Source: an uncultured Staphylococcaceae bacterium (lineage in GTDB: Bacteria > Bacillota_I > Bacilli_A > RFN20 > CAG-826). Taken from it: a DNA stretch of 64,000 nt. Below, piece after piece: positions 28,660 through 38,923 of this stretch (its first letter is position 1; each line of letters opens with the position of its first letter). Location: contig CAZSMV010000001.1 of NCBI GenBank assembly GCA_964608215.1, forward strand, positions 68,083 to 132,082, given 5' to 3'. The notes under the pieces were generated by a model. That model did not search any database. It was not told where the DNA came from and saw only the letters and a list, made by a program, of their open reading frames with translations. A program made the position numbers and the translations under genes.

Positions 28660-31410
28660 TTAATCATTAATTCCAATAAATGTAGCTTCTTGAGGACCGT
28701 CACCATCATCGCTCTTATGACGTTTCTCATTAACTTTTGCTCTATGTGATTCATATTTGGTTGAGATTCTATTTCCGATAGAACCAAAGAAAGAACTTAA
28801 CTTATAAACAATATTTATAGTTAATACTTTGTAGAACATTAACATTAAGAATAATCCTAAAATTACAAAAAAGATAAAAGAGATTGAGAATGTTTTTGCA
28901 AATAAGAAGCTAATAACAACAAATGATGAAAGTCCTGACATTATTGTCACATTTGAATGTGCTAAATTAATTGCAAAATAACTATCTTCTTTTAAACCAT
29001 CAATATTTTTCTTATCAAGGTGATGTTCTTTTTTGATTTCTCGATCTACAACATAGTAATTTTCTAAAATTGCAAACCCTATAATTGTTAATAAGATAAC
29101 ACCAAATGTAATTTGACTATCAAAATTTCCTCTACTTAATGAGAATATTCCAGTAATAATTATTGAACTTGCGGCAACAAATAAAATGCTTACAAGACCT
29201 TTTGAGATTCCAAATCTGAATATCATATAAACACCAACAATAGCAGTTCCAATCGAAGCAAATAATAAGCAATAATAATTATTTGTATCGCTATTAACAT
29301 TTTTAACTGATTTTAGTTCAGCTGATGTAAAGTTGGAAGCGTTATTATAATCAACTATTAAATATTGAAGTGCATCTTCAATATCAACATTATCTAAATA
29401 ATGGGTCGAATCAACATAAGCACTAACTTTTGTTTCTTCAGAAAGCACACTACTCAATTCGATAATATAATAATCAGTTTTTAGTGTTTCTTTATTAACT
29501 GAGTAATTTTCTTTGTATGAATATGTGAAATTTAAAATATCATTATATGCAACTTTTTTATCTGTTCTAGCATTTGAATCAGTATCAAATGTATAAAGAT
29601 TATTTAAAACCTTTTTCTCAAGGTCGGAGACAGTCTTAATTGCTCCATTTTCTTTGTAATTAAATTCAAGATAGACACGTGAAGATGAGACAACATTATT
29701 ATTTGAATTATAAATATTACCATTAATTAATTGGAAACTTGCAATACCAATTGCACTAACAAATAATAAGGCGGTACCAATAATTCCAAAAATCTTAGCT
29801 TTCTTTTTCTTTCCTGGAGATTTTTTAAATTGTTCAAAATAAACTGGCTTTTCATCTTTTGATAAATCAGGAATTTTCTTTCTTTCAATCATTAAAAGAT
29901 TTAAATGGTTTTCAATAAAGGTTGAGTTCGCTAAAAAATAGTACATCGCTCTTAGTAAAATGCCATTTAATACTAGATTAAATAATCCACCAAGAATTAA
30001 AATAACACCGATTGAAAGCATAATATTATTTGGTATAAGATATGCGACTAATCCGAGAATAATAGAAATTACTGATAAATCTATTTGAATGAATCCAGTA
30101 TTTTTGCTAGCGTCTTGATTTGCTTTTCTTAAATTTTTGCCTCTATAAAGATTTTCTTTAACAGCTTTGAAATAAGATGCACTACTGAATATTGAAATAA
30201 TAGTAATTCCAATTAATGCGATAATTGTACCAACATTAAATTCAGCACCAAATGAATTAAATACTGCCAATGTTGAAATAAGCATTGCAGGTGTTATTGC
30301 GATTGTTGAAATGCCACCAATACCATAATTTAAAATTATGAAAGCACTTGTTATAACGAATGCAATAATTGCTGAAATAAGTAAACTTGATAAAACAATA
30401 GATTGATATTGTCCATATTTATTTCCGTGATAAATTAAATTTTCGATGAACGCAGCAACGTTATTGCTTGCGGAATTAATATAATCTTTATTTATTAGTG
30501 TTACTTTATAATCAAGACTTGATGCATTGAATTTATTTACAACGATAGTTGCTAATCTATTAGCTAATGATAAATCACCACCAGCATCACTTGTAAAACC
30601 AGTATATTTTAGTTTTGTAAAAGTATTATCTGAGTTTGAACTATCATAATCAAAAAAGAAATTTGCAGCATTTGTAGCATCAATTCTATCGATATAAGCA
30701 TCAGTTTCATCGGTATTTGCACTACTACTTTCTTCAATGATCGTCTTCATAGAATAAGTTTCTGATTTCCAATTGTTAACAATATATAAATAATTTTCAT
30801 TGCTTGTTGATTCATCACTTGAATCATCACTGTCAGCATAAGTTTGTAGACCACCTATTTTTTTAGTGGATGATGAACTTGAACTATCACTAGAACTTGC
30901 ATTTTTAATGTTGTCATATAACTTTGTTTTAAATCCTTCAGGATCGGCTAAAGGCAAAACAACAACAGGTGTGCCATCACTATAATCGATATATGCTTCA
31001 CCAGAAGCTAAAAATTCACTACTTTCGAGTATAACCTCGCCATTATAATCCATTGCTTGAATGTTAGCATCGAAAGTTAAATACTTTGAAACATATGTGT
31101 TAACTTCGCTTTTATCTTTGAAGGATAAACGAATTGTATCATTGCCTTCACTTTCAAGTTTGTATGTAGAAATATTTGCGGAGTCTAAACGATCCTTAAA
31201 AACTTCAATAATTGAATTCAAGGCATCACCATTAGTAATATCGCCTTCATTTTTTGTTCCGTCATCTTTTAATGAAATTTTATAAATGAAATTTTGCCCA
31301 GAATCATAGTCTGCACTAGCATTTATTGATAATATTGTAGGAACAAAACCAACAAATGCACTCAACAATATGCTTACACTTAATAAAATATACGCAATAA
31401 ATCTTTTCAC
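28660..31410 (-). CDS. secDF: protein translocase subunit SecDF (fused)
   Basis: 916 aa with a large extracytoplasmic domain and two 6-TM bundles. SecD/SecF-like segments (GGISTIAITPAMLISTLAVF..., ILLTIIGFAILENY). The position beside recJ matches Bacillus. Confidence 0.8.
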   Translation of the reverse strand: MKRFIAYILLSVSILLSAFVGFVPTILSINASADYDSGQNFIYKISLKDDGTKNEGDITNGDALNSIIEVFKDRLDSANISTYKLESEGNDTIRLSFKDKSEVNTYVSKYLTFDANIQAMDYNGEVILESSEFLASGEAYIDYSDGTPVVVLPLADPEGFKTKLYDNIKNASSSDSSSSSSTKKIGGLQTYADSDDSSDESTSNENYLYIVNNWKSETYSMKTIIEESSSANTDETDAYIDRIDATNAANFFFDYDSSNSDNTFTKLKYTGFTSDAGGDLSLANRLATIVVNKFNASSLDYKVTLINKDYINSASNNVAAFIENLIYHGNKYGQYQSIVLSSLLISAIIAFVITSAFIILNYGIGGISTIAITPAMLISTLAVFNSFGAEFNVGTIIALIGITIISIFSSASYFKAVKENLYRGKNLRKANQDASKNTGFIQIDLSVISIILGLVAYLIPNNIMLSIGVILILGGLFNLVLNGILLRAMYYFLANSTFIENHLNLLMIERKKIPDLSKDEKPVYFEQFKKSPGKKKKAKIFGIIGTALLFVSAIGIASFQLINGNIYNSNNNVVSSSRVYLEFNYKENGAIKTVSDLEKKVLNNLYTFDTDSNARTDKKVAYNDILNFTYSYKENYSVNKETLKTDYYIIELSSVLSEETKVSAYVDSTHYLDNVDIEDALQYLIVDYNNASNFTSAELKSVKNVNSDTNNYYCLLFASIGTAIVGVYMIFRFGISKGLVSILFVAASSIIITGIFSLSRGNFDSQITFGVILLTIIGFAILENYYVVDREIKKEHHLDKKNIDGLKEDSYFAINLAHSNVTIMSGLSSFVVISFLFAKTFSISFIFFVILGLFLMLMFYKVLTINIVYKLSSFFGSIGNRISTKYESHRAKVNEKRHKSDDGDGPQEATFIGIND

Positions 31411-31511
31411 AAAACGCCTCCATCTCTTATTTATAAAAGTATTTTATAAATAGGTTAAAAACTATACGCTAAATAATATACATTAGTTAAGGTAAAAAAA
31501 CAATTGAATAT

Positions 31512-32477
31512 TTAGGGCTTTTTTGACTTGATTTTAATGTAAGTTTCAACTCCTAATTTTGTGATTTGTCGACCTTGTTTTGTTCTTTCTATAAAACCTT
31601 GATTTACTAAATATGGTTCATTTATATCTCGAATATTTATGATATTTTCATTCAATAAACTAGCAATGGCATCCAATGAAACTGGTTTACTTTTAAAATT
31701 TATGTATAAACATTTTAATATTTGAATATCTTCGCTAGACAAACCATATGAATTGATATTTAGAAAATTAAATGCATCTAAAATGTTGATTTCATCGAAC
31801 TTTTTTATATTATTATAAATAGAATAGTCCAATATTCTTTTTAAAATATTATTTGCTACTCGTGGAGTCATTCTACTTCTTAATGCAATTTCTTTAGCTG
31901 CTCCACTTAATAAATGCAAATGAATCTTTTTTGCATTGTATTGGATTATTGTTTTAAGTTCTCTTTCTGAATAGTAATTAAATTTAAAAACTATTCCAAA
32001 ACGGTCTCTTAAAGGTGTAGAAATAGAACCTGCCATAGTTGTTGCACCAATTAATGTAAATGGTGATAAATCGATACAAATCGCTTTACTATTCTCTTCA
32101 CTTTTATAAGTGATATTTACCTTAAAATCCTCCATAGCACTATAAAGAATTTCTTCTATCTCTTTATCTAAATTATGAATTTCATCGATAAAAAGTATTG
32201 TACCTGGATCCAATGTTCCTAAAATTGAAACCATTTCTGGAATATCTCGAATTGCTGAAGCACTAATTGTTATAATTCTTGCGTCCATTTCGTGAGCTAT
32301 AACATAAGCTAAACTAGTTTTTCCTAATCCTGGTGGTCCATAAAAAAGCATGTGGTCAAGCACTGTTTTTCGCTTTTTTGCACTATAAATATAAACTTTT
32401 AACTCATCTATTATTTTGGATTGACCAAAATAATTTTCTAAGTTTGTTGGTCTTAAATAATTATCATTATTTTGCAT
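31512..32477 (-). CDS. ruvB: Holliday junction branch migration helicase RuvB
   Basis: Walker A LFYGPPGLGKTSLA and the RuvB AAA+ architecture. 321 aa. Confidence 0.9.
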   Translation of the reverse strand: MQNNDNYLRPTNLENYFGQSKIIDELKVYIYSAKKRKTVLDHMLFYGPPGLGKTSLAYVIAHEMDARIITISASAIRDIPEMVSILGTLDPGTILFIDEIHNLDKEIEEILYSAMEDFKVNITYKSEENSKAICIDLSPFTLIGATTMAGSISTPLRDRFGIVFKFNYYSERELKTIIQYNAKKIHLHLLSGAAKEIALRSRMTPRVANNILKRILDYSIYNNIKKFDEINILDAFNFLNINSYGLSSEDIQILKCLYINFKSKPVSLDAIASLLNENIINIRDINEPYLVNQGFIERTKQGRQITKLGVETYIKIKSKKP

Positions 32478-33021
32478 TACTTATCTCCCTAATCACTAAT
32501 TTTGTTGCTTCGTTATCAGTTAAATTATTCGGGATTTTTTCTAAGGCACTACTAATATCAATTGGTTTGTAACCTATTTTTTTCAAAGCCTTGAAGACAT
32601 TTTCATATCTAAAAATTTTACCATCATCTATATCATTTAATTTGTTATTTAATTCTAAAATTATTTTATCTGCTCGAGAACCAACTCCTGGAATAACTAC
32701 TAAATCTCTACTATTTTTCGACTTAATTAAATAAATTAGTTGTTCAGGACTAAAATTATTAAGCAAAGCCAAAGCAGTTTTGACGCCTACCCCATTAACA
32801 TTAATTATTTTATTAAAAAGCTTTAATTCTTTATGAGTAGAAAATCCAAAAATAACAATTTCTTCTTCTTTTAAAACTTCACTAATATAAAACTTATAAA
32901 AATTATCAATTTGATAATTATTCACGTTTGAAGTGTACACTCTAAAACCTAAATCATGTACATCCAAACCAACAAAATCTTTATCAATATAAACAACCTT
33001 TCCTTTTAAAAAATCTAACAT
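32467..33021 (-). CDS. ruvA: Holliday junction DNA-binding protein RuvA
   Basis: 184 aa with HhH motifs (VNGVGVKTALALL). It overlaps ruvB by 11 nt. Confidence 0.85.
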   Translation of the reverse strand: MLDFLKGKVVYIDKDFVGLDVHDLGFRVYTSNVNNYQIDNFYKFYISEVLKEEEIVIFGFSTHKELKLFNKIINVNGVGVKTALALLNNFSPEQLIYLIKSKNSRDLVVIPGVGSRADKIILELNNKLNDIDDGKIFRYENVFKALKKIGYKPIDISSALEKIPNNLTDNEATKLVIREISNAK

Positions 33022-33041
33022 TTTTTATAGTAGGTATGAAT

Positions 33042-34313
33042 TTATTCGTAAAAATCAAAACTAAAATCTTTTAATTTTACAGTGTCTCCATCTTTTGCGC
33101 CTAATCTATGAAGTTCTTTATCAACTCCAATTTTATTTAAGTAAGTAATAAGTCTCATCATCCCTTCGTCTGTAGAAATATTGATAATATCGTAAGTTCT
33201 TTCAACTCTAGTGCCGCTAATGACAAACGTATGTTCATTAGCTTTAGTAATTGTAAAAATAGGTTCGTCTGTTGTTGCATCATAAACTTTTTCTTTATCT
33301 TTTTCTTCGTAAACTGGGAATGAATCAGCATTTTTAAGCAAATCATAGCAAGCATATAAAACTAAATCTAAATTTTCTTCTGTTACGCAGGAAATTGGAA
33401 TAACTTTTTTATTAATTTGCTTTTCAAACTTTGCTAAACGTTCTTTTGCGCCTTCTTCATCCATCTTACTTGCAACTACAACTTGTGGTCGATCAATTAA
33501 GTGCATACCATAATTTTTTAATTCTTCATTAATATCATTGTATGCTTCAAAAGGATCTCTTACACCACTCATATCAACCATATGTATTAAAACTTTACAA
33601 CGTTCGATATGTCTTAAAAATAATAATCCTAATCCTTTTCCAAGATGAGCACCTTTAATTAATCCAGGCATATCAGCCAATACGAATGAATTTCCATCTT
33701 TTGTTGATGCAACGCCAAGATTTGGAACTAAAGTTGTAAAATCATAATCTCCGACTTCTGCTTTGCAATTTGTAACGCAACTTATAAATGTAGATTTACC
33801 TACACTTGGGAACCCTACAATACCAACATCTGCTAAAAGTTTTAATTCTAAGATAACTCTTTTAGTTTCGCCAGGAAAACCATTTTCTGCAATTTTTGGT
33901 GCTTTATTGCGTGAATTTTTAAACGCTTCATTGCCTCTTCCTCCACGACCGCCTTTACATATTAAAAATGTTTTTCCTACTTCATCCATATCGACGATGA
34001 ATTCGTGGTTTTCTTCTAAAAAAACAACTGTTCCAAGTGGAACATCAATGTAAATATCTTCAGCTTTTCTTCCGTACATGCTTTTGATATCACCTTTTTG
34101 CCCATCTTCAGCCATGAAAGTTTTTGAGTGTCTAAAGTTAACAAGTGTTGTGACTGTTTGAGAGCATCTTAAATAAATGCTGCCACCTCTACCACCATTA
34201 CCACCACTAGGACCTCCTAAAGGTCGATTTTTTTCATGAATAAAAGCAATAGCACCATCGCCACCTTTTCCACTTCGTAATTCAATAATTGCACGATCTA
34301 CAAATAAATTCAT
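33042..34313 (-). CDS. obg: GTPase Obg/CgtA
   Basis: Obg fold N-terminus (FVDRA.I.L.SGKGGDG), G domain (GFPSVGKST) and a TGS-like C-terminal domain. 423 aa. Confidence 0.9.
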   Translation of the reverse strand: MNLFVDRAIIELRSGKGGDGAIAFIHEKNRPLGGPSGGNGGRGGSIYLRCSQTVTTLVNFRHSKTFMAEDGQKGDIKSMYGRKAEDIYIDVPLGTVVFLEENHEFIVDMDEVGKTFLICKGGRGGRGNEAFKNSRNKAPKIAENGFPGETKRVILELKLLADVGIVGFPSVGKSTFISCVTNCKAEVGDYDFTTLVPNLGVASTKDGNSFVLADMPGLIKGAHLGKGLGLLFLRHIERCKVLIHMVDMSGVRDPFEAYNDINEELKNYGMHLIDRPQVVVASKMDEEGAKERLAKFEKQINKKVIPISCVTEENLDLVLYACYDLLKNADSFPVYEEKDKEKVYDATTDEPIFTITKANEHTFVISGTRVERTYDIINISTDEGMMRLITYLNKIGVDKELHRLGAKDGDTVKLKDFSFDFYE

Positions 34314-34325
34314 AAATACCTATTG

Positions 34326-34359
34326 TTTTTTTTAAAAGAAAACCACCTAAAACAGGTGG
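34326..34359 (-). terminator. intrinsic terminator after rpmA
   Basis: CCACCT-aaaac-AGGTGG with a minus-strand T-run (TTTTCTTTT). Confidence 0.7.
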
Positions 34360-34367
34360 ATTCTTAT

Positions 34368-34661
34368 TTATTTTCTAATTTCGTAAACGCTAACTCTTTT
34401 TTTGTCTTTGCCCATTCTTTCGAATTTGACATACCCTGCTTTAGTAGCAAAGATTGTATCATCACTACCTTTTTTAGTATTAATTCCAGGATAAACACGA
34501 GTACCACGTTGTCTATAAATAATAGCACCTGCTTTGCAAACTTGACCATCGCCGAGTTTTGATCCTAATCTACGACCAGCACTATCTCTGCCGTTTTTAG
34601 TACTACCAACACCCTTATGAGATGCAAAGAGTTGAATATTAAGTTCAAATCTAAATTTCAT
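34368..34661 (-). CDS. rpmA: 50S ribosomal protein L27 with an N-terminal propeptide
   Basis: [14 protein letters not shown] | [13 protein letters not shown]... The Firmicute-type propeptide ends at the FAS-HKG cleavage motif. Confidence 0.9.
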   Translation of the reverse strand: MKFRFELNIQLFASHKGVGSTKNGRDSAGRRLGSKLGDGQVCKAGAIIYRQRGTRVYPGINTKKGSDDTIFATKAGYVKFERMGKDKKRVSVYEIRK

Positions 34662-34680
34662 AGTTATACCAGCCTCTCCT

Positions 34681-34986
34681 TTATTTTTCTTTAATATTAA
34701 TGTTTTTAGAATATTTTGTTTCTAGGGTTTTAAGTTGAGTTATTATGGTTACTACAACAGCATTATCGCTTATATTTGGTTTATCAACTTCAAGTTTTAC
34801 ATTGCCAGAAAACACTAACATTATGTAATTTTTTTCATCTTTGATAGCATTAAGACCACCAATGACAATACTTGAAGTACATGCACAAACTAAGTCTAAT
34901 TCGTTGTTTTTACTATAATCAGCATGCCCTAAAATTTCTAAACTCTTAACATATCCATCTTTTAAACGATAATTTACTTTAATCAT
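34681..34986 (-). CDS. prp: ribosomal-processing cysteine protease Prp (YsxB family)
   Basis: 101 aa between rplU and rpmA. Candidate catalytic His (LGHADY) and Cys (VCACTS) are present as in Prp. Confidence 0.75.
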   Translation of the reverse strand: MIKVNYRLKDGYVKSLEILGHADYSKNNELDLVCACTSSIVIGGLNAIKDEKNYIMLVFSGNVKLEVDKPNISDNAVVVTIITQLKTLETKYSKNINIKEK

Positions 34987-35294
34987 TATAAATTGATAGA
35001 TTCAATAGTTAAGCAAGTATATGGTTGTCTATGACCAATTGTTCTATGGTAATTTGATTTTGCCTTATACTTGAAAACTTTAATTTTCTTGCTTAAGCCT
35101 TGTTTTTCAACTTTTGCAACGACGCTAGCACCTTTGATATAAGGGTTGCCAGCTTTAACTGATTTATCACCAATTAATAAAACTTTATCAAAGGTATATT
35201 TTGAGCCAACTTCGACATCAAGTTTTTCAACATAAATCTTTTGGCCAACTTCAACTTTGACTTGTTTTCCGCCAGTTAAAATTATTGCGTACAT
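34986..35294 (-). CDS. rplU: 50S ribosomal protein L21
   Basis: [18 protein letters not shown]... 102 aa. Confidence 0.9.
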   Translation of the reverse strand: MYAIILTGGKQVKVEVGQKIYVEKLDVEVGSKYTFDKVLLIGDKSVKAGNPYIKGASVVAKVEKQGLSKKIKVFKYKAKSNYHRTIGHRQPYTCLTIESINL

Positions 35295-35396
35295 TTATAT
35301 GCATCCTCCTCTTTAAAAAATTACTCGCTATTAAGGTAAGAAACGAGTTCTTTTAGAAACCTTTTTTATGCGGTTGTAGCTAAATAGAGTTACAAC
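35295..35396 (-). ncRNA. rplU 5' leader, a candidate L21-leader autoregulatory RNA
   Basis: On the minus strand, downstream of the promoter, reads GCGTTGTAACTCTATTTAGCTACAACCGC (8-bp stem with a bulge), then A-rich, then AAGAACTCGTTTCTT hairpin, then AAAGAGGAGG (SD), then ATG. Confidence 0.4.
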
Positions 35397-35402
35397 GCAA
35401 AG

Positions 35403-35431
35403 ATTATACATAAAATTGACTTTCATGTCAA
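35403..35431 (-). promoter_or_regulatory. near-consensus sigma-70 promoter for the rplU-prp-rpmA operon
   Basis: Minus strand reads TTGACA, 17 nt, TATAAT. Confidence 0.65.
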
Positions 35432-35491
35432 ACAAGAATCATTAAAAGTTATTATTAAAAAGATTAACTGGAAAAATAAAATTTTCGACGA

Positions 35492-35674
35492 TTATTTCCA
35501 AGTAAATTGCCATCCACCGGGCATTTTAATGGTTGAACTTTTAGAAACGAAAAGCCTATAAACTACAACAGCTAAAATTGAAATTGTCATAACAGCTAAA
35601 ACCGCAGTAAGAGTAATTGCTTCACCAACTTTTATTTCATTAAGTTCGGTTTCGGTTAAAGACACTTTATTCAT
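35492..35674 (-). CDS. hypothetical 60-aa single-TM membrane protein
   Basis: Strong SD (AAAGGGGGAAAG) before the ATG and one hydrophobic helix. It lies between valS and the rplU promoter. Confidence 0.5.
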   Translation of the reverse strand: MNKVSLTETELNEIKVGEAITLTAVLAVMTISILAVVVYRLFVSKSSTIKMPGGWQFTWK

Positions 35675-35719
35675 ACTTTCCCCCTTTCACTAGTAATATG
35701 TCGGGAATTTGGAAAATTT

Positions 35720-38308
35720 TTAAAGTTTTTTTAATTTTTCTTCAATTTCTTTTAACTGTGTCAAATAATTCTCGTATTTTTTCTTTTCTGCATCAATCTT
35801 CTCTTTTGGAGCTTTATCTAAAAAATTTTTATTTGAAAGCATACCTTCACTACGCTTAATTTCATTTTGTAAACGTGAAAATTCTTTTTCTAAGTTATTT
35901 TTTAGGTCTTCCTTGTTTGTATTATCAAGAATGTAAAGTGTTAATTTAGATAAAATTATGCTTGTTGAATTAGGCACATCTTCATTTGTAAACTCTAAAC
36001 TGTTAGCAAATGCGAAACGTTTGATATATTCATTTAATTCATCAATATTTTCTATAGATTTAATTTTGAGTTCTATTTTTGCATTAGGAGCTAATTTATT
36101 GTTGACTTTATAAATTCTTATTTGATCAATAATTTCTTTTAAAAGCGCGCCTTTTTCTTCAGAAATTTTGTCAATAAATTTCTTTTCGTATTCTGGATAT
36201 GATTCAAGCATGATAGATTCTTTTTTATCTGGTAAGTTTTGGTAAATTTCTTCAGTAATAAATGGTGAGAATGGATATATCATCATAATTACAGCTTTTA
36301 AAACTTTTAAAAGTGTGAAATATACGCCATCTTTGTAGTATTTTTCATCATGGAGACTAACTTTTGACATTTCAATATAGAAAGAACAAAAATCATCATA
36401 CACAAAATCATAAAGTAAGTTTGAAGCAATTCCGTATTCGTATTTATCCATTGCTTTTGTTATTTTTTGAATTGTTTTTTCAAGTTTAGAAAGTATAAAT
36501 TTGTCGATTACGCCTAATTTTTTAATATCTACTTTTGATGAATCAAAATTTTTAGGTATATTGAGCAAAATGTATCTTGCACTATTCCAAATTTTATTTA
36601 AATAATTTTGACATGAATTTACTTTTTCTTCGCTAAATCTCATATCTTGTCCAGGAGCCACAGTTGTAGCCAAAAAATAACGCAAACTATCGACACCATA
36701 TCTTTCAATTATATCGAATGGATCGACACCATTGCCTAATGATTTAGACATTTTTCTTCCTTTAGAATCTCTAACTAAGCCGTGAATAACAACATCTTTG
36801 AATGGAACTTCATTCGTAAAGTGAAGACCTTGGAAATACATTCTTGCAACCCAAAAGAAAATAATATCATAACCAGTTACCAAGCAATCGGTTGGATAAT
36901 ATCTCTTCAAATCATCAGTATCTTTTGGCCATCCCATAGTTCCAAATGGCCATAAAGCACTTGAAAACCAAGTGTCCAAAACATCTTCATCTTGGTACCA
37001 ATTTTCTGAATCTTCAGGCATTTTATCACTAACTAGTATATTTCCAGTAGTTTTATTGTAAAAAACTGGTATTCTATGTCCCCACCATAATTGACGCGAA
37101 ATACACCAATCATCACAATTTTCCATCCATCTGTCTAACACTTTTTCAAATCTTTTTGGATAAAAATTAACTTTGTTTTTTGATTTTTGATTTTTTAAAA
37201 CAGCCTCTGCTAATGGTTTCATTTTTACAAACCATTGTTTTGAAAGAATTGGTTCAACTACTTCATCGCTTCTTTCTGAGTGACCGACTTGATGCACCAT
37301 TTCTTCTATTTTTACAAGATTTCCATTTTCCTTAATAGTTTTAACAAGAAGATCACGACATTCATATCTATTTAGGCCAGCATATTTTCCTGTATTTTCT
37401 GCCATAGTGCCATCTACATTCATAATGATTGGGTGAGCTAAATTATATTTTTTTCCAATATTCCAGTCATTTGGATCATGTGCAGGTGTGCATTTCATTG
37501 CTCCAGTTCCAAATTTTATATCAACATAATCATCAGCAATAACTGGAATTTTTTCATTATTTGCAGGGTTAACAACGATTTTACCAATGTATTTGGTATA
37601 ACGTTTATCTTTTGGGTTTACGCAAATACATGTATCACCGAACATAGTTTCAGGTCTTGTAGTTGCAATCGTTAAGAAATTGTCTGAGTTATCAGCCAAT
37701 CTATATTTAAAGTAATAAAAATATCCTTTATCTTCTTTATATATAACCTCAATATTGCTAAGAGCAGTTTTCATTTTTGGATCCCAGTTAACAATACGTT
37801 CGCCACGATAAATTAAACCTTCATCATAAAGTCTTTTAAAAACTTCATAAACAGCATTAGAAAATCCTTTATCAAGAGTAAATCTTTCTCTTGAATAGTC
37901 TAGCATTAATCCTGTTTTTGCCCATTGAGAGTGAATTATTTCACTATATTCATCTTTCCAAGCAAACGCTTGTTTCATAAATTCTTCTCTGCCTATTTCA
38001 AAACGAGAAGTTCCCATATCTTGCAATCTTTTATCGACTTTAGCTTGAGTTGCAATACCAGCATGATCACACCCTGGTAAGTATAAAACATCAAATCCCT
38101 TAGATTTTTTATACCTACATGTAATATCTTGAATAGTTGTATCTAAACTATGACCTATATGTAATTTTCCAGTAACATTTGGAGGTGGTATAACCATTGA
38201 AAATTTTGCTTTTGATTTATCTCCAGCAGTAAAATAGCCATTCTTTTTCCAATTTTCATATTTGCCTTCTTCTACTTTCTTAAAATCATAACGAGTTTCT
38301 AATGCCAT
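35720..38308 (-). CDS. valS: valyl-tRNA synthetase
   Basis: HIGH motif (PPPNVTGKLHIGH), KMSKS (KMSKSLGN) and a C-terminal coiled coil. 862 aa. Confidence 0.9.
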   Translation of the reverse strand: MALETRYDFKKVEEGKYENWKKNGYFTAGDKSKAKFSMVIPPPNVTGKLHIGHSLDTTIQDITCRYKKSKGFDVLYLPGCDHAGIATQAKVDKRLQDMGTSRFEIGREEFMKQAFAWKDEYSEIIHSQWAKTGLMLDYSRERFTLDKGFSNAVYEVFKRLYDEGLIYRGERIVNWDPKMKTALSNIEVIYKEDKGYFYYFKYRLADNSDNFLTIATTRPETMFGDTCICVNPKDKRYTKYIGKIVVNPANNEKIPVIADDYVDIKFGTGAMKCTPAHDPNDWNIGKKYNLAHPIIMNVDGTMAENTGKYAGLNRYECRDLLVKTIKENGNLVKIEEMVHQVGHSERSDEVVEPILSKQWFVKMKPLAEAVLKNQKSKNKVNFYPKRFEKVLDRWMENCDDWCISRQLWWGHRIPVFYNKTTGNILVSDKMPEDSENWYQDEDVLDTWFSSALWPFGTMGWPKDTDDLKRYYPTDCLVTGYDIIFFWVARMYFQGLHFTNEVPFKDVVIHGLVRDSKGRKMSKSLGNGVDPFDIIERYGVDSLRYFLATTVAPGQDMRFSEEKVNSCQNYLNKIWNSARYILLNIPKNFDSSKVDIKKLGVIDKFILSKLEKTIQKITKAMDKYEYGIASNLLYDFVYDDFCSFYIEMSKVSLHDEKYYKDGVYFTLLKVLKAVIMMIYPFSPFITEEIYQNLPDKKESIMLESYPEYEKKFIDKISEEKGALLKEIIDQIRIYKVNNKLAPNAKIELKIKSIENIDELNEYIKRFAFANSLEFTNEDVPNSTSIILSKLTLYILDNTNKEDLKNNLEKEFSRLQNEIKRSEGMLSNKNFLDKAPKEKIDAEKKKYENYLTQLKEIEEKLKKL

Positions 38309-38330
38309 ACCCTCTCTCCTATCCTTTTCT

Positions 38331-38921
38331 TTAATTTAGTTTGCTTTCAATTTTATTTTTGAGTCCAATAAGACTTTTTTTGTCGTTTATACTAACCATC
38401 AAGACTGATTGACCAATTTCACCAAATTTTTCCTTCAAATTTTTAAGAATTTTTGCTTTGCCGCTTTGGTTTAATTTGTCGCATTTGGTCATACATATTA
38501 CAAAATAATAACCAGTAGATTTTATATATTCAAAGAAATCTAAATCATCGTCGGTTGGTATGTGTCTACTATCGAGTAAAAAAACAACCAATTTTAAATA
38601 TTTATTTTCTTTAAAATACCCTTCAATCATGTCGCCATAAAATTTGTAATCAACATTTTTCTTTTGACTAAAACCATAACCTGGACAATCCACAAAATAA
38701 AAAGAATCTTCTATTAAGTAATAATTTAATAAACGAGTGTGTCCAGGATTTGATGATGTAAAGGCTAAACGTTTTTGGTTTACAAGAGCGTTGAGTAAAC
38801 TTGATTTGCCAACATTACTTTTTCCTACGAAAATCACTTCCTGTAAACGATTTTCAGGAAGTGATTTTACACCATCACATGATTTTAAAAATATTGCTTT
38901 ATTAAAATAATATTCACCCAT
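38331..38921 (-). CDS. engB: ribosome biogenesis GTPase YihA/EngB (YsxC)
   Basis: GKSNVGKSSLLNAL G1 motif. 196 aa, directly downstream of lon as in Bacillus lonA-ysxC. Confidence 0.85.
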   Translation of the reverse strand: MGEYYFNKAIFLKSCDGVKSLPENRLQEVIFVGKSNVGKSSLLNALVNQKRLAFTSSNPGHTRLLNYYLIEDSFYFVDCPGYGFSQKKNVDYKFYGDMIEGYFKENKYLKLVVFLLDSRHIPTDDDLDFFEYIKSTGYYFVICMTKCDKLNQSGKAKILKNLKEKFGEIGQSVLMVSINDKKSLIGLKNKIESKLN

Positions 38922-38923
38922 GT

